From Eledone cirrhosa (lineage: Eukaryota), in the NCBI GenBank assembly GCA_964016885.1, contig OZ024741.1, forward strand, positions 326,554,001 to 326,618,000: DNA of 64,000 nt. The letters are read 5' to 3'. The position numbers and the translations under genes were made by a program. The notes under the pieces were generated by a model, which worked only from the letters and a program-made list of their open reading frames with translations, ran no database searches and was not told the DNA's origin. This document shows, in pieces, positions 57,856 to 64,000 of the stretch. Within the stretch, counting starts at the first letter, position 1; each line of letters begins with the position of its first letter.

Positions 57856-58117
57856 GTTCTCTAAAGTGTTCCACTGGTCGGGTTAATATCGATGATGTTA
57901 GTGCGTTACTGCTACTTCATTATATCAACCCCGTGTTACTGGTATGCCTTGTGCTACAGTATTGAATGTTAGTTTTATTCAATATATGCTGTTTGTTTGT
58001 TCATATTTCTCTGTATCATACCTCGTGCTTTGTCTACTGTTCTAATTACATTGAAGATCCTTGGATTTCGATGGTTTTCTTCTTCTTTTCAGGCAATATA
58101 TTGCTCATAATAGATAA

Positions 58118-58293
58118 TTGTTCCTACTTTTAGCACAAGGCCAGCAATTACCCCAGTGTGTTACTGGTGCTTTATTTATCGACCCCGTAATGATGAAAGC
58201 CAAAGTTAACCTCAGCGGGATTTGAACTCAGAACATAAAGGGCCATAACTCTGTGATGCAAAGCATAGTGTCTGACGCTCTACCGATACTGCC
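58118..58293 (-). mobile_element. SINE family B
   Basis: Close match to 33130-33310. Confidence 0.85.
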
Positions 58294-59019
58294 TGTCTAT
58301 CCATTTGTATCCATTAGTGTTCCAGTTTTTGCTTATTATAACTTGTCTGTTTGTTTTATTCTCCTAGTCAGTTTGCATATGTGTAGCCCTGATAATTGTA
58401 TCCAAGTTGTTTTATTGTGTGTGAGATACGTCTTGTTTTACATTAGTAGAGTATGATTTGCAGAAGGTTTACTTGCTGACATTTCTAGCAGATTCAGCTG
58501 CCTTTGCGTACAAACCCACAGCAGTGGTTAGAAAAGTATTGATTGAAATCAAACAATTGTACTTGCTGATATATTTCCAATGCAAAGGGATAAAATGACA
58601 TAAAAACTGTTCATTGAAAGAGAACATACTGGATTAACCATAGTAGAAAATGTATTAAATGTAGTGGTTTAATTCTCTGAAGGTTGGTTATAACATTTGC
58701 TATATTCAGAGGTCAACGAAATATATATATATGGTTAAGGTGACGCTGAAGGCAATCCAATTTACTATATTACTTCCACATGTGTAGTCATCCTGTTCGG
58801 AAATTAGTAAACATCATATTTCAGTCTGCTTTTCAATTGCTATTGTATATTGTGTAATGTGCTTATCGAATAATGTTACTCTTCCGCTATTTTTCGCCAC
58901 TATCCCTCTCGATCTCTCCGTCAAATCCAACAGCATTCCACCTGCATCTACCCTGCAATTACAGCGTACACTAATAGACAATAGAATAAAAACATTCTTC
59001 AGTCTCTCTAATATGCCTG

Positions 59020-59272
59020 TCGTGAACAGGGATGCTCATTAGGTCGGTTTTCTTGGCATGAAGTGACTAAGAGAACATGACTCCACTCTGGACAGGACGC
59101 CAGTGTATCAAAGGTTTATATCCCCAACTATTGTGGTATTCATTTTCAATTGAGTAAACTGAAGCAACGTGAAATGATGTGTTTTGCTCAAAAACATAAC
59201 ACTCAACCCAGTCCAGGAATCGAACATTATGATGGTAATTCCAATACCTTCACCTCAAAGCCACGCGCCTAT
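59020..59272 (-). mobile_element. SINE family C
   Basis: AGCAACGTGAAATGATGTGTTTTGCTCAA..GGAATCGAAC; reverse homologue of 59811-59930. Confidence 0.7.
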
Positions 59273-59454
59273 GACCTTACGACATTCTAATTATTTATTT
59301 AGTTATTACCAGTATTCTAAGTGCGGTATACGTTAGAACAGATAAAATGTTTTGTGATGTTTAATAACAATACTTTACGTTCTCATTTCAAATTCCAATA
59401 GCATTTTATTTGCATTTCATCCGTATTTTGCCTGCAGTTACGGAAGCACTAACT

Positions 59455-59600
59455 ATTGTTCCTACTTTTGACACAGAGCCAACAATTTGAACGGAAGGGA
59501 TAAGTCGATTAAATCGGCTCCGTGCGTTACTAGTACTTTATTTTATCGACCTTGTAAAGACGAAAGGCAACGCTAACCTCGGTGGGATTTGAACGAAAGC
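59455..59600 (-). mobile_element. SINE family B, degenerate
   Basis: GTACTTTATTTTATCGACC..AAAGGCAACGCTAACCTCGGTGGGATTTGAAC. Confidence 0.75.
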
Positions 59601-59810
59601 ACTAATATTTTCATTAGATATAACCATGGAAGCAGGCATGAGTGATGTTTAAAAGATTTACTTCACATTCATGGGTTCCCTGATTTGATCCCTCTGGCAG
59701 TGTTGTTAAAACGTCAGCGTAAAGGCCTTGGCTTTTGTCCCATCTCTTCGCACTAAATGTTGAAATCTCGTGTCTTTCTGCTAGGAGTTTCAATAGGCAA
59801 ATATTGTAGT

Positions 59811-59930
59811 GAAGGCACATGGATTAATTTTTAGAGACATGGATTCGCAATCGTGACGTAGCGAGTTCGACTCCTGGGCCGAGCTATGCGTTATCCCCTT
59901 GAGCAAGACACTTTATTTCACGTTGCTCTT
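59811..59930 (+). mobile_element. SINE family C, 5' part
   Basis: B box GAGTTCGACTCC followed by CTTGAGCAAGACACTTTATTTCACGTTGCT. Confidence 0.75.
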
Positions 59931-60983
59931 TTTGGCAAAAGTTGCAACCGGTAGAATTTTATCAGTAATGAAAAGTCCAATGGAAACATTATTTCCTTGA
60001 TCCAATTTGACAACGTCCTCCTGGGGTCCTCATGAGGGTCCTCCTTGGTTAGTGAATGAGGGCTGGGATCATGTCGATCGACTTGCTGTTCCTTCTATCA
60101 GTGATGACCGAATGACACATAATTTCTTTGATACAGACTGAAGAACGGTTCGTGTACATTTTATATATTCTGAAGTATTTTCTCTTCTTTATCGTGGAAA
60201 ATGTTCTATGCTGAAATATTATTACTATTTTATGAAGACATTCGGAGCAAATATTTCTATATGAAGACGTCATATGGAGCTTCATCAAAATTGTTCCTTT
60301 CACAAATATATATAGTGAAGGTTAAACACGTTGAAACAGCGCACTAACAATACCGAAGCCCCTAGTCCCATCCTTGCCTTCTTAATTTTACTTTAATCTA
60401 AATTGAAAAATAACAACTGCCCAAAACATTCATGCAAGTTATATATTACTTTCCATGTCTCTTAATGCACTAACTGAACTTGCACTTTGAATATAACATA
60501 CAGGTATTTAATCCTTAAATCTACACGTTGAATTACCATGTATTCGTCAGCGGCACTGATGAAGGCGATGATGGTGGTGTATATTTTATTATTTATTCTA
60601 AAGTAATTTCTCTCCAAACAAAGCCCCTGAAAACAAACATACATGCTTTTATATCATCAAATGAGATATACCCTCAGGTATGCAATATATCTTTGTCTTC
60701 CTATAGTACAAGTTTTCAAACGCTATTCTCAGCCTTTGGTGTGGTTCATGCATACTGCTAATCATTATCTCTTCCCCAGTATCTTCTTTATGAAAGATTC
60801 GATTGCCTTTTCTTTTCCAATCCTACCAACTATTCTTGAGTTCTCAATCTACCCTCTCCTCTGCCCATCCCTTTCTCTTTATAATGTACGTAACACGAAT
60901 ATATATATATATACATATTTATATACAATATATATATGTATATATATAGAATATATATATGTATATATATATACATATATACA

Positions 60984-61073
<90 letters not shown>

Positions 61074-61519
61074 ATGAGACACTTTGCGTTACAGCATGCA
61101 TTGTAAGAATCACCAGTAGACAATGTCTGCTAGATGTTATATGTTGATATATATTCATTGTCGTATTCCAACATAAGTTAGAAACAATTGAAAAAGAATA
61201 GAAGAATACACCGTATAAATCAGAATAGAATAGTAAATGTATTAAAACTATCATAGCCGAACATGAATAGGATAGGGAAAGAAAGGCTGAACAAAATGTA
61301 AGGATCCAATGGAGCAAATATTCAAAGTTAAGAAGTATCGTACTTTATTCTTTGGAGACAGATAGACCCGCAGATAGACAGACACACATACAAACACCCA
61401 TGCACATACACATTTCTACGCATACACAACAACAACACACATATACACATAACTATAAGTATTTTCCTCTGCGAATATATTAATACACACACACACAGAC
61501 ACACAGACACACAGACACA

Positions 61520-61649
61520 TATATATATATGTGTGTATGTATGCATGTATATATGTATGTATGCATGTATGTATGCATATATATATATATCTATGTATGC
61601 ATCTATATATATGTATATATGCATATATATATATGTATGTATATGTATG

Positions 61650-61680
<31 letters not shown>

Positions 61681-61975
61681 GTATGCATATATATATATGT
61701 ATATATATGTATGTATATATATATATGTATATATATATATATGTTTGTATATATATATGTGTATATGTATGTATATATGTATATATGTATGTATATAAAT
61801 ATACACGTATAGATATATGTATATATATATGCATATATATATACACCCACTCACGCACACACATACATACATATATATATATATATACCCATATGAATGC
61901 ACACAAATAAATACATAAATACATATATAATACGTACATACATATATATACATACATGCTTATATATACATGTAG
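61520..61975. repeat. (TA/TG)n low-complexity tract
   Basis: Direct reading. Confidence 0.95.
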
Positions 61976-62612
61976 CTATCTTGTCCATTTATTCAAACGC
62001 TTATGCTCCAGTGGCATATGTGCGTGTTCGTTTTACTTTGTAGAGAGAAGAAACTAAGAAAAAGAAGAAAATCAAAATACTGAAAAACGTAATATACGAT
62101 CGAGTAAAAGAAATAATAAAAAATAAGAATAAACTAGGAATACATTTGATAATATATTAACACTAACAACAACAACAATAATAAAAACAACATTGTCTGC
62201 AGAGTCTAAAAAATAACATATCTTTGATATATACTACAAGAGCAATATACATATATTTATTTATTTCTGTTTTATTATTTCCAATTCATTTTATTTGCTA
62301 TATGCTCGTGTCTATCCAGTATCTATTCCTACATGAGAATAGAAATGTTTTCTTTCTTGGGAAGTAAAAATACAAGCTAGGTCTATAGATGGAAATTCTC
62401 CGAGGCTATGCATATGTTTGAAGAGAGAAACGTATAAAAAAATTTATATTCTATGGTTTAGATGGACTTCCAACATAATGCAATCTCCTTGCACTAAAGA
62501 GCGATTATTTATCAATGTCTCTATCTAGCTATCTACACACACACACACACACACACACATATGTATGTGTGTGTGTGTGTATGTATATATATGTAAGCTT
62601 GCATATATATAT

Positions 62613-62733
62613 ATAGGAAAAAGTATGACCCCGACGGCAGAGCTCAAGCCGTTCCGACGGATATTTCTGGACAGTCCAGAAATAACCGTCGAAACGGCTT
62701 GAGATCTGCCGTCGGGGTCATACTTTTTCCTAT
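62613..62733. repeat. 121-bp fold-back hairpin containing the 3' half of an HHR
   Basis: ATAGGAAAAAGTATGACCCCGACGGCAG..CTGCCGTCGGGGTCATACTTTTTCCTAT; GAAA at 62691, GTC at 62711-62713. Confidence 0.9.
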
Positions 62734-63060
62734 TTCCCACTCTACTACCCTAAGTATTGAGTATTCTGGTGCGTTTTGGCCCATCTGGTCCCTTACCACA
62801 ATTCCTTTGTTTTATATATATATATATATATATGTATATGATTTATTTTCTTGAGATCGTGTAAAAGGTTGCTGGAAAGCGGCATTAATATGTAAGGATG
62901 TATGTATATATGGACATATGCGGCCAGCCGTCGAAGAAACAACGCCACGCGTTCGGCCGGCCCCCTGTATCATTAAAAGGAAATCTTTTTCGGGGAAATT
63001 ATTAGATTTTTTCGAATTTAAAGGTTTCTTAGTAACTTTCTATGTTTATTTTAGGTTTTG

Positions 63061-63118
63061 CCGTCTGATGAGCTCATGGTATCATAACTGATAAACTTCA
63101 GTGAAGTATGTATAATGG
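63061..63118 (+). ncRNA. Decayed minimal HHR (GAAA changed to GAAG)
   Basis: CCGT-CTGATGA-GCT..AGT-GAAG-TATGTA-TA-ATGG. Confidence 0.6.
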
Positions 63119-63173
63119 AGTTTTAAATAAACCTGAATCAACCGAATAAGGCCTCCGATCTTTTATTAATATA

Positions 63174-63816
63174 CTAGCTGAATGACCTGGCGTTGCCCGA
63201 GTTACTGCTGTTTTTATTCAGATTAGGAAACAATAAATATGAAGAATTTTTTTTTCTCATATTCACTTTACATAAAATATGTCAAAGTTGTAATGATAAT
63301 AGAATTTAGAAATGAAAATCTCTTCAACCCGGTTTTACCATCTTCTTTTCTCAACCAAGAAACCAACAAAAATCACAAAAAGGGAACACAAAAATATATA
63401 TATATATTAAGAATAACAAACAGAAATCGTAATAAATTTTCTGTCGAAAACAAAAAACAGCCATAAAACAGTTTTTTTTTAACGGATGATAAAGCACTGT
63501 AAAGTTGTTGGAAGAGCCTGATAGAATGAGATGAGCAACAGCCAGAAGCACAGCAGCAGCAGTATTTCGAACTGTCCTCCATTTAGGGTCGTAATCTTCA
63601 GTTTCGATATCAGATTTATGAGAGAGGTATATCGTCAATTATTGATTTTTATCGATTTGTTTGCGTAATTGGGGATCAATTTTAAATATATAAATTCTGC
63701 ATGACCTAATTGAAGCTATTTCGAATATTGATAAGTAATTTTCCATTGAAGGAGGTGTTATTTTTTAATCGTATAGAAAAGGAACATGCACACACACTCG
63801 CTTTTATAGATAATGA
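63174..63816 (-). mobile_element. Non-autonomous Helitron (about 640 bp)
   Basis: Plus strand A|CTAG..ACCTGGCGTTGCCCGAGT hairpin at left; CTTTTATAGATAATGA|T at right, matching the 8412-8427 terminus. Confidence 0.8.
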
Positions 63817-64000
63817 TATATATATATCTGTATGTGAGTGTGCGTATGTGTTTGTATATATATAAACTCTTTTTGTGTTAAATCATCTCAGTGGTAATGC
63901 ACGTTACAGGACCTCTTTGTAGACTATGTTGCGGGTCATACCGTTGGGTGTGTATGAAAAAAGGGAGTCCTTACTCCCAACTCGCGAGCAGGCAACATAA

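Noticed and set aside
59811-59885. tRNA gene candidate with a B box
   Set aside because: No cloverleaf; continues into SINE body sequence.

Overview
Gene-poor, very AT-rich animal DNA made almost entirely of microsatellites and transposable elements. The SINE families and (TA)n density suggest an octopus or other cephalopod (inference). I found no convincing host gene; the many [12 protein letters not shown] ORFs are microsatellite artefacts. Recognisable elements: a decayed autonomous Helitron with both termini (1133-8427, minus) and a related non-autonomous one (63174-63816); two Tx1/L1-like LINEs; a near-intact R4/Dong-like restriction-endonuclease LINE plus three truncated copies nested in (TAA)n; an RTE remnant; a Penelope-like RT/GIY-YIG remnant; tRNA-type SINEs; and MITEs. 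The main hidden signal is a dense set of type I hammerhead ribozyme (HHR) motifs in non-coding units of about 0.2-1 kb lying in or next to (TA)n tracts. By eye there are seven with intact cores, several decayed ones, and three fold-back hairpins centred on HHR stem II. They belong to several unrelated sequence families, and some are tandem or terminally redundant (periods 625, about 540 and about 1004 bp), as expected for retrozymes or Penelope pseudo-LTRs copied from self-cleaving, possibly circular, RNA. All structures were paired by hand and ribozyme activity is untested.
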